DNA of 64,000 bases. It comes from Bilabrum cf. latius. Lineage: Eukaryota. The stretch spans positions 682,001 through 746,000 of the forward strand of contig OZ237766.1 in the NCBI GenBank assembly GCA_965178125.1, read 5' to 3'. The position numbers and the translations under genes were made by a program. Under the pieces are notes generated by a model. That model searched no databases and was not told the origin of the DNA. It saw only the letters and a program-made list of their open reading frames with translations. Shown piece after piece: positions 24,040 to 36,057 of this stretch; the stretch's first letter is position 1; every line of letters begins with the position of its first letter.

Positions 24040-27000
24040 TCACCACAGGAACCTCTGCCACAGGGTTTTCTCCTTGTCGTCGCCTTGCCCCTGCCGCCTT
24101 AGTCTACTGCCGTCTCTCGCCCGCCCGCCCACTGGCGTCCCACGACCCGCCGACGCACTCGCTGCCGCCCCGCTCCTCGCTCCCTCACTCGTCACACTGC
24201 CTCCCACCCTGGACCTAGCACGGGGACTTGCCCCCATGGGCCGCTGCACCTGCATGCGCTGCACCTGCTCCTGCATCATGGCAGCCATCATCACGTGCGA
24301 CCGGGTCACCCCTGCATATCCGATCCCGCGCCCGAGCCCGAGCCCGCCGCCGGTCGCAACCAGCGGACTTTGCCCCCCCCGGGGGCGCCCCACCATGCTG
24401 TTGGCCGAGCGTCGGCGGTGCCGTCCCACCGGAACCACCGAACTGCGCGGCGCCACGGAGGAGCTGAGCGAGCGGGCGTGTTGCGGCGGACCAGGCGTAC
24501 GCGGACCCACCGCACTCGTCACACTTCCAGCGCCACTGCCGCTGCGAGGCCTCTCCGAGGGGGTACTCACAGCGGCATCCACAGCGGCTCCCGCTGCATC
24601 GCTCGTCACACCGGGGATCCACCTCCCTTTCCCCTTGGTCCCATCTACGCCCACGACCCCCGCTGGGAGGCTGGTCACGCTGCCCGACCTGGACAGCCGG
24701 CCCCCCACCACGCTCCCAGGGCGAGAGGCGCGAGGAGACCGCACGTCCACGTCCACGCCGAGGTGATTTTCGGCTCCGGATCCCGGCCCCGTCTCTGCCT
24801 CTCGCTCCCCAGCAGCCCCCGCCCCGCTGGCCCCCCTGCTCCTCGTCGTTTTCCTCCTCCTCCTGCCGGGCGTGGTACCGCCGTGCAGTGCATCCTCGCC
24901 GTCCCTTGAAACATGCGAGTCCGCTGCGGTCCAGGCCAGGCTGCCCGCGTCCGTTTCGGTGGGTGCGTTGTTCCCCGGGCCGGTTGCAACCTCCTACCGA
25001 ATGGCACTCACCTGTCCCCGCCCTCCCCTGCCCATGTCGCCCATGCCCAGCCCATGCCCCTCCCCGGCTACAGAGCCATTCATGCCCTCACCCGCGCCAT
25101 CCATCGATCCTCGGTCATGAACGTTGCCTCTGTTCCCTGCATCGGCCCTACGCAGCAAGTTGGACCCTCGGCCGAGGCTGTCCCCTGCATGTGCCCTTCC
25201 TGCCCTGGGTACTCTGCCTCCTGCATACCCATGCACATGCAAGCCAGCATCTCCGCCCTACTCCCGCCGCTGCTTGCCATCCAACGCGCTGGGCCCCAGC
25301 ATCCTCCCAAATCCTGATCCTGATCCAGATCCAGATCCAGATCCAGATCCTGAGGTGAAACTGACGTAGCCCCCTTCGCCCTCCCGACTGCTGAACCCCA
25401 CCACGAGGCCTGTTTGACCACCCACGATACCACTCTGACCACCCTCACTCACGAGATCACCAGGTGGACGCTGCCCATCCCCTCTGCCCACCCCTCCCGG
25501 CAGCAGCCTCGCACCCCTCCCATCCCCCCGATCCCCTCCGCTCCCCGGGGTGATATCGCCATCGTCGTCATCATCGTCATCCTCGAAGCTTGAGTACCCG
25601 CCATCTCCGACCGCCTCACCCAGGTCATCCCCCTCATCCCCCATCCCCAGCCCGGCAGTCAGGAACATGACCCCCATGTCGATGCTCACACTCGCCCTCC
25701 TTGCCCTCGCCCGGGGCCTCCCACCCTCACTGCCACTGCCACTGCCACTGCCACTGTCCCTGGATGCAACGGGCCCCGCGCCTCTGCCACTGACTAGGGA
25801 CGATTGACTTTGGCCACTCTGGCTGCTCGACTCGCTGCCCGGGAGGGGCGGGCTACGGGGAGCCAGCGCCAATCCACCGGTGGTAGCCGACACTACCACG
25901 GGCTGACTGGCCCGTGAGCCATACCGATTCCCACCCAGCTCCGAACGGATGCTTCTGTGGTAGCCTGTCCGACTGCCAGCCACCGCCTCGCCATTGTGCG
26001 ACATGGTAACGGGCAGTGTCGGTGTGATGGATCTCAACCCACCAGTGCTACTAACACGACCATCCGAGTCACTTGCACTCTCCGACTGAGGCAACAGCCC
26101 ATCGAATGCATCTAAACTAGATGCCTAATACCTTGATATGCCCAAAGGTGGTGAACCACTGACCTCTGCCCCACCCTCGGACTGCACGCCATCCACCTCA
26201 CCATCCACCTCTGCCCCACCCTCGGACTGCGCGCCATCCACCTCACCATCCACCTCTGCCCCACCCTCGGACTGCGCGCCATCCACCTCACCATCCACCT
26301 CTGCCCCACCCTCGGACTGCGCGCCATCCACTTCATCCTCGGACTGCGCGCCATCCACCTCACCATCCACCTCTGCCCCACCCTCGGACTGCGCGCCATC
26401 CACCTCACCATCCACCTCTGCCCCACCCTCGGACTGCGCGCCATCCACCTCACCATCCACCTCTGCCCCACCCTCGGACTGCGCGCCATCCACTTCATCC
26501 TCGGACTGCGCGCCATCCACCTCACCATCCACCTCTGCCCCACCCTCGGACTGCGCGCCATCCACCTCACCATCCACCTCTGCCCCACCCTCGGACTGCG
26601 CGCCATCCACCTCACCATCCACCTCTGCCCCACCCTCGGACTGCGCGCCATCCACCTCACCATCCACCTCTGCCCCACCCTCGGACTGCGCGCCATCCAC
26701 CTCACCATCCACCTCTGCCCCACCCTCGGACTGCACGCCATCCACCTCACCATCCACCTCTGCCCCACCCTCGGACTGCGCGCCATCCACCTCACCATCC
26801 ACCTCTGCCCCACCCTCGGACTGCGCGCCATCCACCTCACCATCCACCTCTGCCCCACCCTCGGACTGCGCGCCATCCACTTCATCCTCGGACTGCGCGC
26901 CATCCACCTCACCATCCACCTCTGCCCCACCCTCGGACTGCGCGCCATCCACCTCACCATCCACCTCTGCCCCACCCTCGGACTGCGCGCCATCCACCTC

Positions 27001-28608
27001 ACCATCCACCTCTGCCCCACCCTCGGACTGCGCGCCATCCACCTCACCATCCACCTCTGCCCCACCCTCGGACTGCGCGCCATCCACCTCACCATCCACC
27101 TCTGCCCCACCCTCGGACTGCGCGCCATCCACCTCACCATCCACCTCTGCCCCACCCTCGGACTGCGCGCCATCCACCTCACCATCCACCTCTGCCACAC
27201 CCTCGGACTGCGCGCCATCCACTTCATCCTCGGACTGCGCGCCATCCACCTCACCATCCACCTCTGCCCCACCCTCGGACTGCGCGCCATCCACCTCATC
27301 ATCCACCTCTGCCCCACCCTCGGACTGCGCGCCATCCACCTCACCATCCACCTCTGCCCCACCCTCGGACTGCGCGCCATCCACCTCACCATCCACCTCT
27401 GCCCCACCCTCGGACTGCGCGCCATCCACCTCACCATCCACCTCTGCCCCACCCTCGGACTGCGCGCCATCCACCTCACCATCCACCTCTGCCCCACCCT
27501 CGGACTGCGCGCCATCCACCTCACCATCCACCTCTGCCCCACCCTCGGACTGCGCGCCATCCACCTCACCATCCACCTCTGCCCCACCCTCGGACTGCGC
27601 GCGATCTCCCACTGGCTCTTCACTTGTTGCTGCCTCCTTTACCATTAGTTGTTCAACTGCTGAACCCGTTCTATCTTGTGTGGGACAATCACTTACTTGA
27701 TCCCGTATTGGTGGTTCAGCTGATACTTGTTTTGCATCCAGTCCGGTATTGCTACTTGTTAAACCTCCGAGAGCACTCTCCAACAGTTGATGCAACTCGT
27801 TTGCACGTGTGCCTGGTCCAGGCGGTAAAGATGCGTGATGGGGTAAGGCTGCCTCTTTAATGCGTAGCTGTCCATTTGACAATATTTGGGAACTTTGTGC
27901 TAATGGACCGCTGGCACCTTGCTCATGTGATCCAGATGCCCTTGGCTATCTGGCCCGAGGTGGGCCTCCAGGTCTGACGACTACCTGCTTGTCCCCGCAA
28001 GGTGGTGCTGTCCCATTGTGCACGCACATAATTTCACTCTTTGGCTATGGAGGCCTCATACCTGACCAAGCTGGAGTTTTATGTGCCTCGTGCTCTTCCT
28101 CGTTCTGTGTGAACCGTTGCGACTCGCCACCCAATGCAGCGAGTGTCTCTCCTGTCTCTGACTAGTTAGCCTACCCTGGATATTGAATGCAAGAATTTCG
28201 GCCGTCATTTACTGCGGCACTATCGGCAAATTGAGAGCTGCTTTGGCCGATGCCGGTATCTCTTGCTGCTGCAGTGGCCGGGCACCCAGGCCTGAGAGTA
28301 CTGTGACCGGCAGGTTGTTCAGACTACGAGGTTACCTGACCAGAGCCCGTGGAATCCAACTAACCGCTCCTCTTGGTATCGGCATGAAATGATACTGCCT
28401 CTCTGTGAGGCAATGACGGCGCCTGCCATTCATCAGCATCGGCTGTAGTGAGAATGCGTGCCTAATCGCGACTGGCCGTCGATTTGTTCAAATAAAGCTC
28501 TTTGGTGCATACAGCATCCTTACGGGAAGCTACCGCAACTGGCAAGGTGTCGCATGCATACTGAGTCGTCCGGTTCCCACGACGCACGACACTGCCGCTG
28601 TTTCCCAT
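24040..28608 (-). CDS. 1522-aa disordered protein with N-myristoylation-like start (MGNSGS) and central acidic 15-aa tandem repeat
   Basis: Single frame with no TAA/TGA but 10 TAGs (28462, 28360, 28324, 28171, 28162, 28045, 27946, 26125, 25258, 24994); ends TGA after KTLWQRFLW. Confidence 0.75.
26162..27602 (-). repeat. Coding minisatellite: about 30 x 45-bp unit (GAQSEGGAEVDGEVD) with four interspersed 27-bp units (GAQSEDEVD)
   Basis: Unit CCATCCACCTCACCATCCACCTCTGCCCCACCCTCGGACTGCGCG is near-identical throughout. Confidence 0.95.
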
Positions 28609-28871
28609 GAAAATCACCCAAACACTATAACTTCAACAGTAGAACTACCACAATTTGACGCCCTGCTGCCGAGTATCGTTCAAGTGGTTCGCGCGGGCCT
28701 ATTCGTGTATCGAAGCCAAACAGAAGTACAGCGGAGCAAAGCTCTACGATTCGCCCTGTGCAGGGTGCCGCGCATCGTGTGAGGTTCCGCAACGCAGATC
28801 GGATGAACCCACGGACAACCAGCAGTGTACTTGCCCCCGCGCCAGCAACTAATCGTTTGCAGTAGAGCATA

Positions 28872-29882
28872 TCACCGCCGGCTCCTGCCCCTTCTCTTCT
28901 TACTTTTACCCTGCTTTGGGCCGGAGCCAGCCCCTTCTTTACCCCCATCCCCATCCCCATCCCCACCTGGACCACCCCCCCCATCCCCATCCCCCCCTGG
29001 ACCACCCCCCCCATCACCCCTCAGCATCCCCCCGCGACCCCGGCTCAGCGATCGGCCGTGCCCACCCCCCCTCTCCCTGGCAGCATGTGTCCTCCTCCCT
29101 CTGCCATCGTCTCCACGAGCACTAGCACTAGCACCCGCCCCGTCCTACTCCTGCTACTCGACCTCTCCAGTATCGACTCCGAGTCCCGTGGCTTCCCCCA
29201 AGACCCCAACACTGCCATCACCACCACCACCACCACCACCACCGTCGTTGCCAGCTGCACCATCATCATGCTTCACCTACGGCTCCTACTTTCCAGGGCC
29301 GCTTCCGAATAGCCCACCAAAGAAGCCTCCAGCGGACTACGACTGGGCCCTCGCACCGGCTTCTTCCTTGGCCCTCGCATCGGCTTCCTCTTTGGCTCTC
29401 GCATCGGCTTCCTCTTTGGCTCTCGCATCGGCTTCCTCTTTGGCTCTCGCATCGGCTTCTTCCTTGGCTCTCGCATCGGCTTCCTCTTTGGCTCTCGCAT
29501 CGGCTTCCTCTTTGGCTCTCGCATCGGCTTCTTCCTTGGCTCTCGCATCGGCTTCCTCTTTGGCTCTCGCATCGGCTTCCTCTTTGGCTCTCGCATCGGC
29601 TTCCTCTTTGGCTCTCGCATCGGCTTCCTCTTTGGCTCTCGCATCGGCTTCCTCTTTGGCTCTCGCATCGGCTTCCTCTTTGGCTCTCGCATCGGCTTCC
29701 TCCTTGGCTCTCGCATCGGCTTCCTCTTTGGCTCTCGCATCGGCTTCCTCTTTGGCTCTCGCATCGGCTTCCTCTTTGGCTCTCGCATCGGCTTCTTCTT
29801 TGGCTCTCGCATCGGCAGCATGTTCACTGTGCAAGGCTTGCTCGGGCGACACTACTGCGTGTTTCCCCTGAAAAAATTGCAT
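28872..29882 (-). CDS. Charged helical repeat protein or exon (ARAKEEAD x19) with Gly-rich tail; probably has an upstream exon
   Basis: The ORF continues through TAG 29337 and further TAGs to TGA at 28872. TTTTTTCAG near 29868-29876 looks like a splice acceptor. Confidence 0.55.
29355..29815 (-). repeat. 24-bp coding tandem repeat, 19 copies (ARAKEEAD)
   Basis: Unit GGCTCTCGCATCGGCTTCCTCTTT with synonymous-site variants. Confidence 0.95.
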
Positions 29883-30413
29883 ATCAGCCTAGTATTGCAA
29901 GTTAGGCAACATTCACCAGCCTGATGTGATTGTGCGCATGATTCGATTTTAAGCAAGCAAAAATAGGCACAAACCACAGAAGAAAAATAAAATTGCACTA
30001 ACAAGGATTCCTCGGTGCATAATATTTGTTCTAACTACTTCTGCGACGTATGATTCAGTACTTGAACGATTTGCTGGCAACTGGCTCTGCAAGTTTCGCG
30101 TTAGTTCCATCGAAATAAGCGGTAGTATGCAGACATAAGGCCAGCCATACCAGTCGAGATTAATTTGTCACTGTTTCGGTTAGCCATCTCACGATGCTGA
30201 CGCGCTGCTTGCGACACCGATACTCTCGAACGCATAATTCGATGTCAACGTTCCCCTCCGCCTCCCAGCAGGTCTCGAGACCTCGTTGCCCATAGTAAAT
30301 TGCTTCAGTTAATGAACTACAGGCAATTGTTCAAAGATGACGGCAGCGCTGGATTGAATGGCACCAGCCACATGGTCCAGGACGCAGTGCAAACTTCCGG
30401 TGTACGCCGGCTG

Positions 30414-30770
30414 TCAAGCCGCGATCCTGGCGCCGTGGCACTCCTCTTGACCCCCCATGCGGGCCACCTCCAGGGCCGTCTCCCAGCGCTTGACCCTGCA
30501 GACGTCCTCCACCGGCTCATCCATAGCCAGGCCCCCCGCCAGCTTGCCCAGCCTCAGTCGCTTGCCCATTTCCATGGGCCTCCCCTCCGCGGCTGCCTGG
30601 AACAGCAGCCTTGCATCCCTGTGCGCCTCATGGGCCCGCCTGTGATCCAGCATGGCCCGCACTCGCGGGTGCACCAGCCTCCTCCGTGCGAGCCAGCCGT
30701 CCTAGTCGTGGTCAAAGAGCAGCTGCAGACACCTGCGGGCATCCCCTCCACATCGATCCAGCACTGCCAG
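30414..30770 (-). CDS. Inverted near-identical duplicate of the ankyrin-like C-terminal module at 10523-10860 (gene fragment or last exon)
   Basis: Translates as LDRCGGDARRCLQLLFDHD*DGWLARRRLVHPRVRAMLDHRRAHEAHRDARLLFQAAAEGRPME. The DNA is about 90% identical by eye to 10523-10860, with TAG at 30702 opposite TCG in the paralog. Confidence 0.55.
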
Positions 30771-30819
30771 CAACACCACGTTGGCAGCCGTAACCGTATC
30801 GCAGCGAGGGCCCATTGTT

Positions 30820-31068
30820 GCCGCCTGCTATCGTGTACCCAGGTCGGGGCAGACCCGGTGCCGCCTGCTATCGTGTACCCAGGTCGGGGCAGACCCGGTG
30901 CCGCCTGCTATCGTGTACCCAGGTCGGGGCAGACCCGGTGCCGCCTGCTATCGAGTACCCAGGTCGGGGCAGACCCGGTGCCGCCTGCTATCGTGTACCC
31001 AGGTCGGGGCAGACCCGGTGCCGCCTGCTATCGTGTACCCAGGTCGGGGCAGACCCGGTGCCGCCTGC
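30820..31068. repeat. 40-bp tandem repeat, 6 full copies plus a partial copy
   Basis: CCGCCTGCTATCGTGTACCCAGGTCGGGGCAGACCCGGTG at 30821, 30861, 30901, 30941 (one substitution), 30981 and 31021; no spacers. Confidence 0.95.
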
Positions 31069-31090
31069 TCGACCTGCAGAGATTCTATGA

Positions 31091-31744
31091 TCATTTTCTT
31101 GAATTTGGCTTGCGTTTTTTGTGCTATTTCATGTGCTGCTTGTGTCCGCTGGTCTTGGGCTATGCCCCCACGCCGCAGAGAAGCGAAGCCGAGTTGCTCG
31201 CTGCTGCCAGTGGCTGCAACGACTGGACAGACGGCCGGGTGGTCTCTCCCCTGCTGCGACTGCCACTGCCGCTGCCCCTGCCACTGCCACTGCCACTGGA
31301 ATTAGAGAGGGCGCCCTGCCCCGGGTTCTCCGGAGCCCAGGTTGCAGTCAGCACCTTCGTTTGCGCGACTCGATCGACTAAGCCGTGATCCATATTAGCA
31401 GATCCTGTGCTCTCGATGCTGGCTGGCTCAAGCGAGACGCGCTGGCCCGCTGAATTCGTATCTTCGGCAGCAGTCGCAACTTCGGGTTGACTGTGCTTTT
31501 CCTGTGCTCCTATGCTCTGTGCAAGCTGCTCACCTCTGCTCCTCTCCCTGCAAGGAAGAGCCTCCTTACTTATCTAGTGCTATGATGATGCCACCACTTT
31601 TCTCGATGCGTTTGATTTCTCTTCGATCTGGGATCGGCTGTGGGATGACATCGCCATACTGTCCGTGACGTAGCTCGTGCACCGATCCCCTCGACGGCGT
31701 GCGTATGCGCATGGTTGGTGCTGAGAGCTTTGTCCCTGCCCCAT
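31091..31744 (-). CDS. Hypothetical low-complexity protein with N-myristoylation-like start (MGQGQSS)
   Basis: ORFs 31580..31903 and 31160..31393 are in one frame joined by TAGs; ends TGA at 31091-31093. Confidence 0.4.
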
Positions 31745-32055
31745 GGCAGGCGAGCAGTAGGAATGAAGTCTCCGATTAATTCGATGAGGCCTTGAACGAA
31801 TGGACTGCACTCGCTTCTTGACCCCAACATGGGGTCGGTCAACTGCGGTACAGAAAGTGCAATGCACTGTAGGGGGGCCAGAGTCTGGACCCCAACGAAG
31901 CATTCACAAATTGCACTGTAGCAAGGTTTGCTTGTAAATTAATTGGTTCAAAAAGTTGAAATCCGCGTATTGATTGACATTTTGTCAGTTTAAGCGCATT
32001 CAGATATTGTGGAGCAGCTTACCTAGCAGACTACGAGTCTGCCGAACCGTTCACA

Positions 32056-35000
32056 ATGGACGACGAACCACCGGAGCAACCAGGATTCCATCGTTTGCTT
32101 CGACTGGCAGTTCAGTTACCGGAGTACGACATTTTTCGTTTGCGCCTGCACAATTCGACCTGGGACGCCTCCCCACTTCTGCTACAGCTCGACTCGGACG
32201 ACCGAAAGAACCTGCTCCGCGATGTGCCCCGCTCTGGTATGAGCCCAGAGGACGAACCAGTGCCCGGATTACCAAACACCGGAGACACGAGCATCCCCCG
32301 CGTTAAGGTGTTCCGCTATTTGCTGGCCCTATGCGCGGTGGAGAGCCTGGAGGGGTACTACCAGGGCCTCAACCTGGCGCTCGGGAGGCTGCTGCCACTG
32401 GCGCTCCTCGACTAGGAGGCGGCGGGGGATGGTGAGTCGGGGATCAGGGCACAAGGGGGCGCGCGGGAGGGTGCCGGCGGAGGAGTGACCCCTTCTTCTG
32501 CTTCTTCTGCAGACCCTACCAGTACCAGCGGGGGTGGTGCACCATCCCTGCCTGTGGTTGATCGGCTGGCGGGGATCTCTGCAGTGGTGGTGGCACTCTC
32601 CAACGGCGGCGGGGGATCGATGCTGGTGAGGGTCAGGAGAGATGGGGGGGCGGGTGCTGGGGGGGGAGGGGCGCGGGGGGAACAATTGCAGCTCCGGGTC
32701 GTCGGAGGCAGGCGCACGCCGGTGCGCGTGAACAGTAGGGGAGGGAGAGGGAGAGGGGGAGATAGCGCCGACTCGGAGCCGGTGGACCCAGCCGCTTCGG
32801 CGAGGCTGTGCGAGGATCAGGTGCTGCGGCTGTGCGTACGATCGTGCAGTGCATCTGGGGCCGTGGTTGGTCTTGATCTGGAGGGCAGGCGAGCGGCCCT
32901 CCGCCGGGTGGTGCGCATGCTGCTGGTGCCCCTGGCCGTGCCTCTGTTCTCCACCATGTGTTCCCTGGAGGCTGCCCTCGAGATGTAGGCCGCCATTGTG
33001 GGCCTGCTGGCCTCCAAGGGGAGCACAGGTGTGACGAGTGAGGTGCCCCCCGTGTGCATTGGCGCGGCGGCTCTCCTCTCGCTGGGGGTGGAAGAGGTTG
33101 CCGGGATGCTGCCCAGGGACGACGGCTTACCGATTGACGGTGTGACGAGTGAGGGCATGGGATCCGAGAAGAAAGGGGAGGGTGAGCCCGACCCAGACTG
33201 GTTCCTGCGGGCCGCGAGTGCCTGTCGGGCCAGGATCAGGGGAGTCGCGCGGGAGGAGGCCGCGGCGGCGTGGGTCATCTGCGCCCGGATGGCAGGTGTG
33301 ACGAGCGGCGGATCGCCCGGCCGCCGCGCCGGTGGCAACCCCCTCACCCCGCCCCTGGTTGCATCCCTCCCCACCGCGGGGGTCGACCCCTGGGCCATCA
33401 CCGCCGCGACCCGGAGCCACCCCCTGGCGGTGCACGTGCAGGTGGGGGGCCCCAGGGAGCAAGGAGGAGTGGCCTACTTCCGGGTTCGCTGCCGGCTGGC
33501 GGCCCTAGACCGGGAGTTCATCAGTCTCCGGAGGTACAGCGAGTTCCTCGCGCTGGACCTGTCCATCCGGTCGGGGCTCAGGCACGTCCCCGTGAGGGGG
33601 GTGGCGAGCGTGCTGCCCCCCTGGCTGGGGGGCTGGGACGGGTGCGAGGAGCCGGAGAGGAGGGGGGAGCGGGGCGGGAAGGGGCCCCTGCCGCCCCACG
33701 AGCAGGTGGTGGCCGTGCTGCGGGCCACGGCCACTGCCACTGCCACTGGGTCATCGGCTGCAGCCGGAATGGGCCCCGGCAGGGCAAGAGGCAGGAGCAG
33801 AGGTGCGGGCACGGGCACGGGGCCGGGGCCGCGGGAACGCTCGTTTTCAGGCGCTGCTGGTTCCCCGTCCAGAGAGTTGCCTCGGAGGGGGAGGATGAGC
33901 TTCTCGCAGCTGGAGAGCAACGGGCAGCTGGGGAGGGCAGTCACGGGTGTGACGAGTGCTGTCCCCGACCTGCTGCTGGATACCAGGCCCGCACTCGCCC
34001 GGAGCCAGGACGAGGACGACGAGCTGCAGACGGGTGGCCAAACGAGCCCTGGACAGGCGGGTGGCCAAAGCAGCGGCGACACCATCGGCTCACAGGATAG
34101 CCCCCCCTCCTCCCCCTCCCCCTCCCCTCTCTCCCTCTCCCTCGAGCAGTGGTCCCCCAGCGCGCTGCCCCCCAAGACCTGGCAGCGGTCCATGGACCCC
34201 CTCTTCCTAAGGGAAAGGGCCATGGCGCTGGAGGGGTACCTGCAGCGCATTGCAGCGGTGCCCTTCCTTGTCTTCTTCCCACCCTTGAGGGATTTCCTGG
34301 GGCTGGGTAAACCTGAGGGTGGTCAGAGTGGCACCGGGGATGCCTCGTAGCCTGACGCGGCTGGTGCTGGTGCTGGCGCTGGTGCTCGCGGGGAAGATGC
34401 TGGCCTGCTTCTCCAGGCCGCGGCAGCACGCGCGAGGCAGGCGTAGTCCTACTTGCAACACGCCGGTCTGCTGCTCGATCCCGAAGAGGTGCATCGCATT
34501 GCGCGGGAGGGGCTATCCCGCAGGAGTGCAGCGCTGGTGGGTGTGGTGCAGGGAGTAGAGGTGGACTCGGATTCGGAATCGGATTCGGAATCCGAATTGG
34601 AATCGGAATTCGAGTCGGAATTGGGAAGATCTGTGGGAGAATACGAAGCAGAAGCAGAAGCAGGGCAGGGCCTCCTGGGTCTCGGTCAAGGTGCACAAGG
34701 CGGGGTGATTGCAGGAGGAGGCCCAGGTGCGGGTGCGGATGCAGATGCAGGTGAGGATGATGATGATGGTGGCAGTTGGAGTGCTGGCAGCGTATCGCCC
34801 AGGGAACAGTCCGGGGAACAGCCCGGTGAACAAGGACCGGAGAAGGACACGTTGGAGCCCCCACCACGCGGGCGATCCAGTCCCCACCATGGGCGGGCAG
34901 CTGGAGAACACTCGTCACCCAACGACAAGCCAGGTGATGATGAGCCCCAGGGAACAAGCACCCGTGACTCCCTGCGATTGTACGTCGATCAGCCGGCCCC

Positions 35001-35898
35001 CACGGACCCGGGCCCCAGACGGCGGGACAGCGTCTCTTCGCAGGCAAGCGCCGCCAGTTCCGGCTCCGGATTCATGCACAGGGGCTCCTGGGCGGTGTCC
35101 CCAGCAGGGGGGGGGCTGACGTTCCTGAACGGGATCCCCACCACCGGTGAGGCTGCAGGTGCACCGCACGATGGTGCAGAGAGGAGGCGCGGCTCCCGTG
35201 CGTCCCTGCAGGGGATCGCCTCCACGCCCAAGGGGAGGAGGGCCGGGCGCGGCGGGGGTGTGACGAGTGCAGCGAGGACCAGATGGCTGCGCGCCGTGGC
35301 GAGCACCAGGGCAGGAGGCGCCAATTCGGGTCCAGGCTCGAAGATGAAGAGCATGGGAGACGTGGCTGTCAGCGCCCTGGCGATGGGTCCCACGCGGCGG
35401 GCGGGGCCCCTGTCGCCGCAGATGCAGGAGGAGGATTCGAGTGACTCGGAATCGGAATCGGAATCGGGGTAGGATTCGGCCGTTCAAAGGGGTGGACGCG
35501 ATGGTGGTGGCAGTGCCGCGCGGTCTGCTACTGGCACTGGCCTTGGTGACTCTGGCGCAGGTGCTGGTGCTGGTGCTGGTGCTGGTGCTGGTGCTGGTGC
35601 TGGTTCTGGACAGGAGGGTGCATAGGGCGATGGACAGGCGGAGGGTGAGAGCGATGCAAGGCCGGAGGTGAGAATGTCCACCACTCCACGGGTGGAGTCA
35701 GAAGGTGGCGAATCAAGTCGGTCAGAGCTGGAGTCCCAGCGCGGGGTAGAAGGGGAGGGGAACCAGAGAACAGACGACGGGCCAGAGGGACCAGAAGGGG
35801 CGCGGGGGACAATTGCGTCTGCCTCTGTGGCATCAGTCGCGGGTCTGGAGCCAGTTGCGGACAGTGAGGCGGGCGCTTTGCGAGACTCGGGGTCATGA
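32056..35898 (+). CDS. TBC (Rab-GAP)-like + PX domain protein
   Basis: LLRDVPRS and GYYQGLN resemble the TBC DxxR and YxQ fingers. PX motifs are SLRRYSEFLALD and LPPKTW...FLRERAMALEGYLQRI...LRDFLG. TAGs at 32413, 32986, 34348, 34444, 35470 and 35623; ends TGA. Confidence 0.75.
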
Positions 35899-36057
35899 TT
35901 TAGCCGCAAAGGGTGTGGAAGCGGCTGGGTCTCAGTGTCTCTGGTGCAAGCACGGTGTTGTGTTTATTGGATCATACCGGGTATACATGTTTACAACTTA
36001 CGCAATTTGAACTTCAGCTGCAACGAAAATGTGCCCCAAGGTGCACCTCTATCAGCC

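Noticed and set aside
26112-27700. Alternative-frame ORFs over the 45-bp repeat (WMARSPRVGQR..., SAPPSDCAPST...)
   Set aside because: These are shadow frames of a stop-free repeat. Only the acidic frame connects to the long upstream and downstream ORF.
30820-31068. CRISPR array
   Set aside because: The 40-bp units abut with no unique spacers, there are no cas genes, and the context is eukaryotic.
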